A stretch of DNA of 64,000 nucleotides from an uncultured bacterium (GCA_903839725.1 CAIMDG010000002.1:135739-199738), one strand, 5' to 3'; shown: positions 1 to 10,467, counted from the first letter of the stretch. Translations and numbers: made by a program. Notes: generated by a model from the letters alone, not told the origin.

Positions 1-1837
1 TAGCAGGCACAGTTGCACCTTCTGTATATGTACCACTGCCGATACCTGGATTACCTGAGACATTTATTCCACTAGAGGTTATAGTTACTTTGAAATCTGT
101 TGTTACCAAATCACTGTTATATGAACCAACCACAACACTATATATTCCATTTGGAATATTACTTGGGATGACAAATGTTATGGATGTACCAGTAGTATTG
201 TCGCTCGGTATGCCAGCAATTGTGTATGCTTTACCCGGTGAAGTTGCAACCTGACCATGTGTATATGGTATGAGATTCTTGAAGAATGACCATACGCCTC
301 CAAAGAAACCTGTGATCTTTTCTGTGAAAGAATGAGGTGTTGCCACAAGTGCAGATGAGTCTTGCGCTTCAGCAGTTGCCGATGAAATCAATCTTACAGA
401 GTTACCTGTTGGGGTAAAGTTTGAACCAACCATCTTGAAAGTATTTGCTACGGAAGAATTGGTCACTTTACTCAAATTACTTGCAACAGGTTTTGCAGTA
501 ACTGCTGGTATCCCTTCTTTTATGGTATCCATGGACATACATGCGGGCCAATGAGTTTCAGCTGTATCCTGACTAATTTTCTCTCCAAGTATACCTGCAA
601 TAACATATCCGCATGAAATAACATTAAATCTCTGGTGTTCAGGATAGCCATCTGAATTCATAATACTAAAAGTACTTGGGCGATAAATCGGTGTTCCATC
701 AGTGAATTTTATATAGTTACATCCTTGTATGTTTTCTGCACCATACAGATGATTATCCTTACTACTTCTATACTGCCCATATTTCAATACGTATTCACTC
801 GCACAGTTTTCTGTACCCGGTGTACCAACATCTCCACGTTTATATTCATCGCCCAATAATCCAAAAACGTGTCCCATTTCATGGATAACAACTTCACCTA
901 ATAGATAGTTGTATGAGTCTTTTGTTAGAAATGAGACTCTATTTCCAAACGAGGTGAATCCCAACATGTACGCTTCTGTAAGGCGATTAACTTTTGACAT
1001 CACAAGATACTCACGAGCATCACTACCACAACTCGAAGAATTGATCACTGTTGTTGCGGAACTTCTGTCATATAGACCTGTTGCAGGATCTATTGGCAAT
1101 GAAGGAGCATCGAATTTATTTAAATCAATATAAAATGAAAACTTATCAATATATGCCTTGAATGGATCAATCGCCGCAAAACCCTTATAGATAATAGTAT
1201 TAATCTGACTCAAATAATCACTGAGACTTGCTGATGGAACTGCATCTGAACTTCTCATAAACACAATCTTTATAGGGCCTCCTGGTTTTCCATTCACTCC
1301 ACCCAACGACACGCAGTTTGTAGCTTTAACAAAAGTTGAAGCTGCTCTTTCTTCTTTATCTGCTGCTATAGCTTTGAAATTAAAAGTATAACCACCATTC
1401 TTTGCTATAGACTTAATTACACTATCTTCTTTGTATGTGGTTGATAGATTGGGAGTCGGATCGTTATAAGTTGTGTTAAATTCAAGATAACCATGGAATT
1501 TCTCCTTATCACCACTTCTTCCTACTTTACTTGCATCCATATCATTAACCGCAGGTAATGGTATATCACCATTTACCGTTGTCATACTCCTTAGGCCACC
1601 CCATGTCTTATTTGAATTAGGGTAGCAATTGGTTGATAAAGAAAAATCAACTATCTGCAAAATGGATGGAGGATTTTGGACTGGCAATAGATTGTTACCG
1701 ATATAAGAAAAGGCGGACAGTGATTCTGGTTGATAACTATACGAACATGCCGCATGAGCAGACTTTATTCCAGGGAGAATAATACAAGCTAACAATAGAA
1801 AAACTGAAGTTACACTAACTTTGTATATAATTCTCAT
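1..1837 (-). CDS. Secreted zinc metallopeptidase-like surface protein (M64/IgA-peptidase-like HExxH), 3'-truncated by window edge; paralog of 3980-6898
   Basis: Manual translation from ATG 1837: MRIIYKVSVTSVFLLLACIILPGIKSAHAACSYSYQ..., contains VIHEMGHVFGLLGDEY; long stretches near-identical to 3980-6898. Absent from ORF track because the stop lies outside the window. Confidence 0.75.
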   Translation of the reverse strand, partial: MRIIYKVSVTSVFLLLACIILPGIKSAHAACSYSYQPESLSAFSYIGNNLLPVQNPPSILQIVDFSLSTNCYPNSNKTWGGLRSMTTVNGDIPLPAVNDMDASKVGRSGDKEKFHGYLEFNTTYNDPTPNLSTTYKEDSVIKSIAKNGGYTFNFKAIAADKEERAASTFVKATNCVSLGGVNGKPGGPIKIVFMRSSDAVPSASLSDYLSQINTIIYKGFAAIDPFKAYIDKFSFYIDLNKFDAPSLPIDPATGLYDRSSATTVINSSSCGSDAREYLVMSKVNRLTEAYMLGFTSFGNRVSFLTKDSYNYLLGEVVIHEMGHVFGLLGDEYKRGDVGTPGTENCASEYVLKYGQYRSSKDNHLYGAENIQGCNYIKFTDGTPIYRPSTFSIMNSDGYPEHQRFNVISCGYVIAGILGEKISQDTAETHWPACMSMDTIKEGIPAVTAKPVASNLSKVTNSSVANTFKMVGSNFTPTGNSVRLISSATAEAQDSSALVATPHSFTEKITGFFGGVWSFFKNLIPYTHGQVATSPGKAYTIAGIPSDNTTGTSITFVIPSNIPNGIYSVVVGSYNSDLVTTDFKVTITSSGINVSGNPGIGSGTYTEGATVPA

Positions 1838-1900
1838 GTATGTATGTTATTTTATAGTGATTATATTATACGATAAAAAAATGAATTCAGACAACAAGAT

Positions 1901-1935
1901 GCCCCACCGAAACGGAGCTTCGAGTGGGGCAAAAA
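1901..1935 (-). terminator. Putative intrinsic terminator after VWA gene
   Basis: gccccac...gtggggc stem between the VWA gene stop and the next gene; adjoining U-tract is weak. Confidence 0.4.
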
Positions 1936-1976
1936 GACAACAATCACCTAAGAAGTAGGTTCCGTCAGAATAATTA

Positions 1977-3476
1977 TTATGCCTGAGGTATTACTGGAGG
2001 CACTGGTGGTATAGGCGGAATTGTCGTAACTGGTGAAGATGCTGGTGTTGGAACAATGGGAGGAACAGGTTGCTGAACACTTGGCATAACTGGATTTGTT
2101 GTGAGACTACCCTTCTTATTATGCTTAACGACGAGATAGATAATCAGAGCAACAATCACTATAAAGAATACTACCGCTCCGACAATAGTCCACAATATTG
2201 TATAGAAAATATTGCTTGCATTAGAGGTTATCGAATTGACAGTTTGAGAAATAGAATCAACTGATGGGTAGTTCTGACCAGGTTGCTGTGATGCCGTTCC
2301 TAAATTGTTTGTATCAACAGGAACAGTTCCATTCATTGGGTTTGTTGCTGTTGAAGTAACTACTGCTGAGGGACTACTGACTTTAATGGTAAAGATGTCA
2401 CTCTTAGACATTACTTGTGACTTTGAATTATCATTACCAACTAAAAAGTATATAGTCCCTGCATTTGTATCATCTATGGTTAAACTGTCACTTCTTACTT
2501 GTGAAGCTTGACCCTCATATAACCAACCAATTTGCGCTCTAGTTGCCGAATGTATTTTCATGCCCGCATAACTTCCACTGTGATTATTACCATCCTCAAA
2601 AGAATTCGTTGCTTCAATGTATTTTGGCATTGATTCTGATGACTGAATTGAGTATTTGATGACATCCCCTTCTTTCACATCCATTTTGAAATAATCATAT
2701 TGACTCCCTAACTGATAGTGACTCAAATGATACATCCCGGGAGTTATTGGTACTGCGGTACTATATCCATTTCCACCAGTGACTTCTTTCCCAAGCATTG
2801 AATCCGTATTTGTCTTATCTACAGGATGTTCGGCTTGTTGGATAGCGTTGAAACTAGCCGCGAGAGAGGTCGCATCTGTTGCATCGTAGTATGTTCCACC
2901 TCCTGCGGTAGCTATACCTGAGAGTTGAGCGCGCGTTGTAGTGTCTGCACCAAGACCGATAACATATGTTTTTACTTTTATCCCCGCTGCCTTGAGTGCA
3001 GCTGCAGCATCAGCTGGATTGCCACCACAGTTCTCTTGACCATCGGTCATGAGAATGAGCACATTGTCTGCACCTACCGTAAAATCACCTGCTGATTGCT
3101 GGAGTGTATATGCAAGTGGTGTATACGAACCTACTGCTTGCAGGGAATCTACCTGGGTTGTTATAGCATTACGATCTGTCGTGAATGATTGGAGTAAATC
3201 TGTTTTAACACAAGCACTCGCCTTCGCAGTAATCTTTTCCTGCGCAAATGCACGTAGTCCGACTGAGGTATTAGCGTCGAGCGAAGCGAGAAGATCGGTT
3301 ATTGCTGATTTTGCAACATCAATACGTGGCGATCCCCCAAATGATTCTGTCATTGATCCAGAGGCATCAAAAACGATGAGAATATTCTCGTTCGTTGCTG
3401 CCACAGCACTATTAGAGAAGCTAATAATACCAGTAATAGATACGATCAACATTAGTAAAGCTATGTATTTTTTCAT
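1977..3476 (-). CDS. VWA (von Willebrand factor A) domain surface protein with C-terminal TM helix and Pro-rich tail
   Basis: Signal peptide MKKYIALL..., MIDAS motif DASGSM, YTPL, LMTDG; C-terminal hydrophobic helix; start moved to ATG 3476. Confidence 0.85.
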   Translation of the reverse strand: MKKYIALLMLIVSITGIISFSNSAVAATNENILIVFDASGSMTESFGGSPRIDVAKSAITDLLASLDANTSVGLRAFAQEKITAKASACVKTDLLQSFTTDRNAITTQVDSLQAVGSYTPLAYTLQQSAGDFTVGADNVLILMTDGQENCGGNPADAAAALKAAGIKVKTYVIGLGADTTTRAQLSGIATAGGGTYYDATDATSLAASFNAIQQAEHPVDKTNTDSMLGKEVTGGNGYSTAVPITPGMYHLSHYQLGSQYDYFKMDVKEGDVIKYSIQSSESMPKYIEATNSFEDGNNHSGSYAGMKIHSATRAQIGWLYEGQASQVRSDSLTIDDTNAGTIYFLVGNDNSKSQVMSKSDIFTIKVSSPSAVVTSTATNPMNGTVPVDTNNLGTASQQPGQNYPSVDSISQTVNSITSNASNIFYTILWTIVGAVVFFIVIVALIIYLVVKHNKKGSLTTNPVMPSVQQPVPPIVPTPASSPVTTIPPIPPVPPVIPQA

Positions 3477-3567
3477 ATAACAACAATTATACCCCATTAA
3501 AATCTCTCAATTAACAAAAACAAAACACCTTATGGGGATAAGGTGTTTTGTTCAAAATTTACAAAGA

Positions 3568-3939
3568 CTAAAACTTGAAATTATTTGCAATAGATCCAAT
3601 GAGTGGCAATTGCTTCTGTTGACCACTCGCAGCATTGATGATACCCATGATCAAACAAATCAAATTAAAGAGACTCAGGAGTGGTACCAATATCCATCCG
3701 AGGACAGGAACTACTCCTATGAACATACCAACTACCCAAGAAATGATGAGTACCAAACCTTGTTTGATGTGGAACTTAACGAAAGGATCATTCTTGGCAT
3801 CAGTTATAAATGGAACAATGATAAGAATACCTAGGTAGGCCAAAATAGCCATGAGGGTATTATTTGTCTGACCCGCAGACTGTGGAGCAACTGGCGGAAC
3901 AGGTGCTACAGGTGGAACCTGATTTTCTAGTGGAGGCAT
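3568..3939 (-). CDS. DUF4870-like small membrane protein
   Basis: LAYLGIL...DPFVKFHIKQGL...LPLIG pattern. Confidence 0.8.
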   Translation of the reverse strand: MPPLENQVPPVAPVPPVAPQSAGQTNNTLMAILAYLGILIIVPFITDAKNDPFVKFHIKQGLVLIISWVVGMFIGVVPVLGWILVPLLSLFNLICLIMGIINAASGQQKQLPLIGSIANNFKF

Positions 3940-3979
3940 ATGATTGATTACTATTACTTTATAATGACTTTATTATACC

Positions 3980-6898
3980 CTATTTCACACACATCTTCGT
4001 GGTCGCATTCAAGGTATATCCTGTAGCACATAAATATGTGGCGGTCGCAGGCGTTACTTTGACAGCAGTTGAGTAACATTTCTGACCCTTGAGCACATAT
4101 CCAGATGAGCATGAATATACGTACGAGAATAGTCCTGTTACTGATTTTGTATATGTAGAATTTGCAACAATACCTACAGTGTCAGTACTTTCACAATTCG
4201 TACCATTCAACGTTGACCCTGAAGGACAGGTATATGACGTAGTCGCTGCGACACTAACCTGAGTAGTTTGTGTGGTTGCGGGCGTCGTAACTGTTCCTTC
4301 GCTGGTAGGATTCTCGATACACATAGAGCCGGACAGTGTGAACCCTGCTACTGTACATGCGTATATTGGAGTTGCCGGGAGAACTTGTGGAGTACATGTA
4401 CTGCCGCCTCCCATAACAGGTGTAGGTGTACATGCAACACTGATCTGTGTACACGTTGTTCCTGAGAGTGAGTAGTTCGCAGATGGACAGGTGTAACGAA
4501 TAAGTGTCGCAGGAATTGAATTGACTGGTGTTGTTGTAGTAGAGACCGGAAGAATTTTTATGGTTGGTGCGTAGAAATGGAATACACATTTTGAACCGGG
4601 GACCAAAGTGTAATAACCATTGATACCAGCAGGAACAGTAGGACATGTATAGGTCAGAGTTGCAGCTATCGCCAACGAAGTTGCTGTAATACATACATTT
4701 CCAACTGAGACTTTGCCTGCAGCACAAATGACTACTGTTCTCGTACCTGTTCCACCGGTACCCATTGTTCCAATCGGAACACACTTATTACCTACGAGGT
4801 TATAGACGAATCCACCTGGTTTTGGAGCTGGACATGTATACGCCACAGTCGCTGCTACAGTCGCACCTTCTGAGTAGGCACCACTGCCGATAGTAGGATT
4901 GCCTGAAACAGTAACCCCACTTGAATTTATCGTGACCTTAAAACTCGTTGCCGCCCATTCACTGTTAAATGAACCAACAGCGACACTGTATACCCCGTTT
5001 GGCATACTGCTTGGGATGACAAATGTTATGGATGTACCAGCTGCACTATCACTAGATATATTTCCTATAACATATGTTTTACCTATGGAATTTGTAACCT
5101 GGCCATGTGTATATGGTATGAGATTCTTGAAGAATGACCAGACGGCTCCAAAGAAACTAGAAATCTTTTCCATGAAAGAGTGCGGTGTTGCCACGAGCGT
5201 AGATGGGTCTTGCGCTTCAGCAAGTGCGGTGACGGTAAATTGGATCGAATTATTAGTTGGTGTAAAGTTTGAGCCCATCATTCTAAAGGTATTTGGTACC
5301 GATGAATTATTTACTTTACTCAAATTACTTGCAACAGGTTTTGCGGTAACTGCCGGTATCCCTTCTTTTGTAGTGTCCATGGACATACATTCCGGCCAAT
5401 GAGTTTCGGCATGCGCCTTGTCTATAGGTTCACGCAATATTGCTGAAACAAGGTAACCACAAGAAACTACATTGAATCGAGCATCAACAATTCTCTTGAA
5501 AGTACCGTCAGAAAGTATTGTCGAACTTGCCATAGGCAATATATTCATCAAACTCTTTGAACTTGGTATGTACATCTCAAGGCCTGGATCTTGTGCCTTC
5601 TGATTACTTGACATGGTACCTTTGATAGTCGTTGAACCATATAGTAAATTATTTTTACTGCTTCTAAATTCATCAATTGGGTTCACGACACAATTTTCAT
5701 CATATTTTCCAGCGTTCTGACCATCATATACACCATGATAAACGTGACTACAATTATACTCATCCGTCACCCATCCAATTGAATGACCTGATTCATGAAC
5801 TGGAACAAGGTAATAATCTTCTTTCGATTCATAATGACCATTTACTATCTCACGTATAGAGAGGTTAGGTAGGTATGTATTCGAAGTATTTCTATTGTCA
5901 AAAGTAGATCCATTCAGATGACTTGTTTTTGAACCACTGTCTATTAACATAAATATACTTTCCTTATCATCCCCGTATGGTAAGAAAGTTGTACCTGCAA
6001 CATTCCCTTCGCAACTGAAACCAGAAACAGTGGTCGATGTTAAAGGTGGTGCATCAAAAGGAACTTTAATTTGTTGCGTGGTATAAACAAGCGGGTGCAA
6101 ATCAACATAGAACGAAAACTTTGATACGTATGACTTGTATGGATCAGTATTAATAAAGACACCTATAACCTTATCAACATAATCAAGGTAGTCTTTTATT
6201 GTAGGCAATGCCAAAGACAAACTAGGTCCACGCATAAATACAACCTTAATTGATCCCTTCCCTCCTAAATAAACACAATTAGATGCCTTTACGAAGGTTG
6301 ATGATGTGTGCACTATCTTTGGTTGACTTGTTGACGTTGCAGTAAAATTAACTGTGTAACCTCCATTTTTTGCAACTGTTTCTATCAAAGCATCTTCACG
6401 CTGATTTTGTATTGAAGTAGATAATCTACTACCATTTACACTATTATCTATCGACTCTAATCCCGAATAATCTCTACTATCACCGGACCTGCCAATTTTA
6501 GAAGGATGATCTCCGCCGGTGTTATCATTAAAATTAAAACTTCCATTCAATGTTGTAATACTACCCACTGATCCATTACTTCCCCAAGTTACGGGTGGCG
6601 AAATCGTATTATCTGCGGGGAAACAATCTTTGGTATTTGTTGGATATGTAAAATGAATATTCTGAAGAATTGATGGAGGATTTTGAACAGGAAGTGTTCC
6701 TAGCCCACCACTCAAAGATGGTCCAAAAGGGATCATGTTAGAATCTACCCATTGGTCCTGCATATAACCACTAGATGTGAGTGATTTTATTTGATAACTA
6801 TACGAACATGCTGCATGAGCAGATTTGATTCCAGGGAGAATAATAGAAGCTACAAGGAGGAGAACAAAAAACGCACTAGCTTTGTATATAATTCTCAT
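3980..6898 (-). CDS. Large secreted HExxH metallopeptidase-like protein with IPT-like domain and Cys-rich YxCxxGYxLxGxxC repeats
   Basis: Signal peptide, VHESGHSIGWVTDEY, many repeats such as YTCPSGSTLNGTNC and YSCSSGYVLKGQKC. Confidence 0.75.
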   Translation of the reverse strand: MRIIYKASAFFVLLLVASIILPGIKSAHAACSYSYQIKSLTSSGYMQDQWVDSNMIPFGPSLSGGLGTLPVQNPPSILQNIHFTYPTNTKDCFPADNTISPPVTWGSNGSVGSITTLNGSFNFNDNTGGDHPSKIGRSGDSRDYSGLESIDNSVNGSRLSTSIQNQREDALIETVAKNGGYTVNFTATSTSQPKIVHTSSTFVKASNCVYLGGKGSIKVVFMRGPSLSLALPTIKDYLDYVDKVIGVFINTDPYKSYVSKFSFYVDLHPLVYTTQQIKVPFDAPPLTSTTVSGFSCEGNVAGTTFLPYGDDKESIFMLIDSGSKTSHLNGSTFDNRNTSNTYLPNLSIREIVNGHYESKEDYYLVPVHESGHSIGWVTDEYNCSHVYHGVYDGQNAGKYDENCVVNPIDEFRSSKNNLLYGSTTIKGTMSSNQKAQDPGLEMYIPSSKSLMNILPMASSTILSDGTFKRIVDARFNVVSCGYLVSAILREPIDKAHAETHWPECMSMDTTKEGIPAVTAKPVASNLSKVNNSSVPNTFRMMGSNFTPTNNSIQFTVTALAEAQDPSTLVATPHSFMEKISSFFGAVWSFFKNLIPYTHGQVTNSIGKTYVIGNISSDSAAGTSITFVIPSSMPNGVYSVAVGSFNSEWAATSFKVTINSSGVTVSGNPTIGSGAYSEGATVAATVAYTCPAPKPGGFVYNLVGNKCVPIGTMGTGGTGTRTVVICAAGKVSVGNVCITATSLAIAATLTYTCPTVPAGINGYYTLVPGSKCVFHFYAPTIKILPVSTTTTPVNSIPATLIRYTCPSANYSLSGTTCTQISVACTPTPVMGGGSTCTPQVLPATPIYACTVAGFTLSGSMCIENPTSEGTVTTPATTQTTQVSVAATTSYTCPSGSTLNGTNCESTDTVGIVANSTYTKSVTGLFSYVYSCSSGYVLKGQKCYSTAVKVTPATATYLCATGYTLNATTKMCVK

Positions 6899-6996
6899 GT
6901 ATGTATGTTATTTGATAGTAATCAAATTATACAATACGGAACAATATAAATGAAGCACAATAAAAACTCCGAAGACAAGTCGACTCGGCGTATGTC

Positions 6997-7488
6997 CTAC
7001 CGTTCTTTATTAAGCTCCTTCTCTGTACGATCAGCCAAATCCATGAGGATGGAAGTATCTTCAAGACTAAAAACTCTCGGCTTCGTATCCTTCACGCAAA
7101 AAACACCAATAGCTTTTCCTGTCTTGTGATCCAAAAGCGCAATACCGGCATAAAATCTGATAAATGGAAAACCAGTAACTAGAGGGTTGTCAGCAAAACG
7201 TTCATCCTTCAAGGTGTCGTTGACGATAAACATATCTTTTGCAAGTAGCGCGTGGCCGCAGAATGATACGGCTCTCTCCCCTTCCTTTTGATCCAAACCT
7301 ATACAAGACTTGAACCACTCTCTTTCTGAATCAAGGATACTAACCATAGAAATAGGAACTTTCAATTTCTGGACAGCTTCTCTGGTCAACACATCAAAAC
7401 GAGGTTCTGGCTTTGTGTCCAAAATGCCTATGCGATGGACGGCTTCTATTCGATCTTTTTCATCTTGTGGAATGGGGGCTAATTGCAT
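6997..7488 (-). CDS. Stand-alone GAF domain protein
   Basis: LDTKPEPRFD...SFCGHAL...DERFADNPLV...IRFYAG GAF signature. Confidence 0.85.
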   Translation of the reverse strand: MQLAPIPQDEKDRIEAVHRIGILDTKPEPRFDVLTREAVQKLKVPISMVSILDSEREWFKSCIGLDQKEGERAVSFCGHALLAKDMFIVNDTLKDERFADNPLVTGFPFIRFYAGIALLDHKTGKAIGVFCVKDTKPRVFSLEDTSILMDLADRTEKELNKER

Positions 7489-7516
7489 GTTATGTTATTT
7501 AAATTTAATAATACTA

Positions 7517-8059
7517 CTAAATGACACTTTCCACACCCACAAACATTTTTATTTCATTATCTGTGCCAAAAACGGGAGAAATACGAAGTTTTGCATTATA
7601 CAAGGTCCCATCTTTTTTCTTATTTTTAACCTTGACCATCACAGACTTCTTTTCTACTTTTATCACCCGCCACAACTCTCTATAAAATTCCTTGGACATC
7701 TGACTACCCCATAGCGAGGGTTTCTTACCCAAAATTTCATGAAGTGAATATCCGGTAATAGATTCAACCATTGAATTGGCATAGAGGATAACTCCATCCT
7801 GGTCAGTAATAATGATTTGCTCAGTCACCCCTTTAAAGATCGAATTCAATGACCCACACCTCGTGCACTTTATACTCAATACTAAATCTGATTCATCTGC
7901 GATTGCGAGAAGTTTGCCACAATCACTACAACGAAATTCTTCTGAACTTATTTCATTTTTTAGGATGTTTTGATCCAATGTATTTGGGATCTCGAGGACC
8001 TCTGATGCAGAAATAATACCATAAGCTCTATTTCTGAGCCAATTGAACAGAATATCCAA
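7517..8059 (-). CDS. Com-family zinc finger + PAS domain protein (start uncertain)
   Basis: FRCSDCGKLL...IKCTRCG followed by PAS/PAC (IIITDQDGVILYAN...TGYS...NKKKDG). Confidence 0.75.
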   Translation of the reverse strand: MDILFNWLRNRAYGIISASEVLEIPNTLDQNILKNEISSEEFRCSDCGKLLAIADESDLVLSIKCTRCGSLNSIFKGVTEQIIITDQDGVILYANSMVESITGYSLHEILGKKPSLWGSQMSKEFYRELWRVIKVEKKSVMVKVKNKKKDGTLYNAKLRISPVFGTDNEIKMFVGVESVI

Positions 8060-8093
8060 ACATTACAAGCAGTACCCCTACTATCCATGCAAT

Positions 8094-8813
8094 TTACAGC
8101 TTTGAATTTACTTCTTTTGCCATCTGTTCAACTATCTGACTCGCACCAGCAACTGCAGTCGGTGTACTCAAATTTACCACAACATCATAATTTTTATTTG
8201 ATGATGCAAAAATCACTTCAGCAATTGCTTTGTCAGGACCTACTGATAGTGACCCTGTACATGTTGATGATTTGATACCGATATCCCCTGCCGTACACTC
8301 TATTCCACTTATTCCCGATGAACTATTATTTCTCACACTCATTAACATGTTATAACCAGTGATTGAATCCTGATACACAGCAGGGTCGAGAGGATATACA
8401 GTTACGAGACCTTCATAGATAATTGCTACACCTTTTGACACAGTCATCGAATCATATGCACAAATAAGATGACGACTATTCGATGCCGCACTTTTTACTA
8501 GCTTAAATTTCAGTGTTGGAAAAGCTTGATCTATTTGACTCGTTGGGAATATTTGACCACATGTTAACGTCCCAAAATTATTTGACGAATTTGATGAGCC
8601 AGGATCAACAACAATCGGCCCTCCACAAGGAGTGCTCGTAGCGTCCGTACTTGTTGCCGTAGTAACACAAGTACTTGTTGCAGTAATAGAATCCGCAACT
8701 GACGAGGTCGCAAATGGTGAACTTGATTTATATATTACAAAAATACCACCTACGACAACTACTGCTGCAATTATTACCCACACGAGTACTGATCCTTTTT
8801 GATAGTTTTTCAT
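8094..8813 (-). CDS. Hypothetical exported protein with class-III (pilin-like) N-terminus
   Basis: MKNYQKG-SVLVWVIIAAVVVVGG; paired cysteines. Confidence 0.6.
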   Translation of the reverse strand: MKNYQKGSVLVWVIIAAVVVVGGIFVIYKSSSPFATSSVADSITATSTCVTTATSTDATSTPCGGPIVVDPGSSNSSNNFGTLTCGQIFPTSQIDQAFPTLKFKLVKSAASNSRHLICAYDSMTVSKGVAIIYEGLVTVYPLDPAVYQDSITGYNMLMSVRNNSSSGISGIECTAGDIGIKSSTCTGSLSVGPDKAIAEVIFASSNKNYDVVVNLSTPTAVAGASQIVEQMAKEVNSKL

Positions 8814-8898
8814 ATAAGTGAATTATACCAGATAATACTAACGTACGACTAATTGTACTCTGTAGACCTTGGTGAACAGCGTAAAACCATTTTTGGTC

Positions 8899-8955
8899 AA
8901 AGAAAAGACCCTCACCGTAGAAAGCATGAGGGTTGCTTTTCTACGAGAGGGTCGG
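8899..8955 (-). terminator. 57-bp hairpin/terminator, copy 1
   Basis: gaccctc...gagggtc stem followed by U-tract on minus strand; 54/57 identical to 9923-9979. Confidence 0.7.
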
Positions 8956-8967
8956 TTTGAAATTCGA

Positions 8968-9783
8968 TCACTTCTTGACCACAACTTCTGATTCAGGAAT
9001 GGTCGTCATATTTACTGGATCGAGGTGATTTGCGAGGCTAACGATTTTCTCGAGCATGACCGTTTTCGCCGGAGAAGTAATGTCCTTGCGACCAAAATGA
9101 TGCACAAGCATGAAACGAAGTGCTCGAGCAAACTCTTGTCTGCATTTAGGATGCTGCTCCTCAACAATGGTCGCCAACGTATGAAGCAGACCGAAGAATT
9201 TTTTATAAACAAATTCCTCGCGATTATTTGGTGTAAAATGAGCATCAAAATCAGTGAATAAGGTGGCTCGCAGTCCTTCACCAGGTTCCCCTGTTTCAAG
9301 ATGCACACCACCATTCGACTGAAAATCGATAATCAATCCACGCCTACCAGCAATCTGCTGTTCAACGTTTCCAAACATCCACGCTGCTGCAAAGCATTTC
9401 GTGAACAATTCTTCAAGGCGTTGAATGAAGAAAAACCGTAGCGGATTAGTGGGACCGTCAACACATTGCCCCTGAAGAGGTGTGAGCTCCATGGCAATCG
9501 ATAATGCCCACCAACCGGTCTTCAAACGAGCTTCAATAAACTTCACCGTTTGCGGATCATCTGGATTTTCTTTATTCATGCGATTCCAAAGCGCATTAAG
9601 ATGATGTCTGGTGTGCAACATTTTTTTCCGCAAATCGATGAGATACTTGTCGAGCGGCTGCCCGTGGAATGTGCACCTTGCTGTGCCGGGACCCATACCA
9701 TAAACAGCAAATCCGCATTGTTGAACGTGAAGAGTTATAAACTCCTTTTTTTCTATTTTTTCATTAATCATATGAAACTCCAT
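8968..9783 (-). CDS. Hypothetical protein
   Basis: 271-aa ORF followed by terminator; no recognisable motif. Confidence 0.55.
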   Translation of the reverse strand: MEFHMINEKIEKKEFITLHVQQCGFAVYGMGPGTARCTFHGQPLDKYLIDLRKKMLHTRHHLNALWNRMNKENPDDPQTVKFIEARLKTGWWALSIAMELTPLQGQCVDGPTNPLRFFFIQRLEELFTKCFAAAWMFGNVEQQIAGRRGLIIDFQSNGGVHLETGEPGEGLRATLFTDFDAHFTPNNREEFVYKKFFGLLHTLATIVEEQHPKCRQEFARALRFMLVHHFGRKDITSPAKTVMLEKIVSLANHLDPVNMTTIPESEVVVKK

Positions 9784-9922
9784 TCAATGAACATTCACTT
9801 GGTGCTCTGTAGAGCGATTGAGGTGTAGTGACTCACCTATGATGTGAAACTAATGTAGTAATAACACTTACTACAATCATCTGTCAATATCAGTAAAATC
9901 ACACTAAAATCTCAATTCAATA

Positions 9923-9979
9923 AAAGAAAAGACCCTCACCATAGAGAGCATGAGGATTGCTTTTCTACGAGAGGGTCGG
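9923..9979 (-). terminator. 57-bp hairpin/terminator, copy 2
   Basis: Near-identical to 8899-8955. Confidence 0.7.
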
Positions 9980-9981
9980 CT

Positions 9982-10164
9982 TTAAGGTAATTTGTTGGTA
10001 ACGATTGCCGTCAATTGGGAGTGAACATACCCATTTGTGGAACATCCGCTTTGCAACCATTGAACAGTGGCGGCCGGATGAGTTTCAAGGTAACTGTTAA
10101 CTTGATTTTGCAATTTTGTTAACGCGTCATCACTGTCGATCAATTCCGAAAACAATTTAAACAT
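9982..10164 (-). CDS. Small hypothetical protein (60 aa)
   Basis: ATG 10164 MFKLFSEL..., followed directly by the shared terminator. Confidence 0.5.
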   Translation of the reverse strand: MFKLFSELIDSDDALTKLQNQVNSYLETHPAATVQWLQSGCSTNGYVHSQLTAIVTNKLP

Positions 10165-10186
10165 ATTTTTCAATTCTGGGTTTAGG

Positions 10187-10235
10187 TTGATACTGCCTAA
10201 AATCCTCAACAATTGAGGGCTTTAGGCAGTATCAA
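10187..10235. repeat. Palindromic hairpin upstream of small ORF
   Basis: ttgatactgcctaaa-at-cctcaa-caa-ttgagg-gc-tttaggcagtatcaa. Confidence 0.7.
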
Positions 10236-10467
10236 AATAACCATACTTACTGTCGCGAAATATAGCACAATAAAATATATATGTCAAGATGTAGTGGAGA
10301 ATGGTGAGCCAAAGTTGGAACCAACTGTATCCTTGGGTATTTGAGAGCTCTGAGGCGATTGTGGGGGTTAGGGGGTATGAAAAGAGACTTAGTTTTGCTT
10401 GATAGAGTGCCCTGTTGGTATCACAAGATGGGAGTGGACTATCTATATGATGATACCATGGAAATTT

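Noticed and set aside
10187-10235. Hairpin containing TGCCTAAAG as a seventh family A copy
   Set aside because: Lacks the other two motifs and the large loop; may be coincidental
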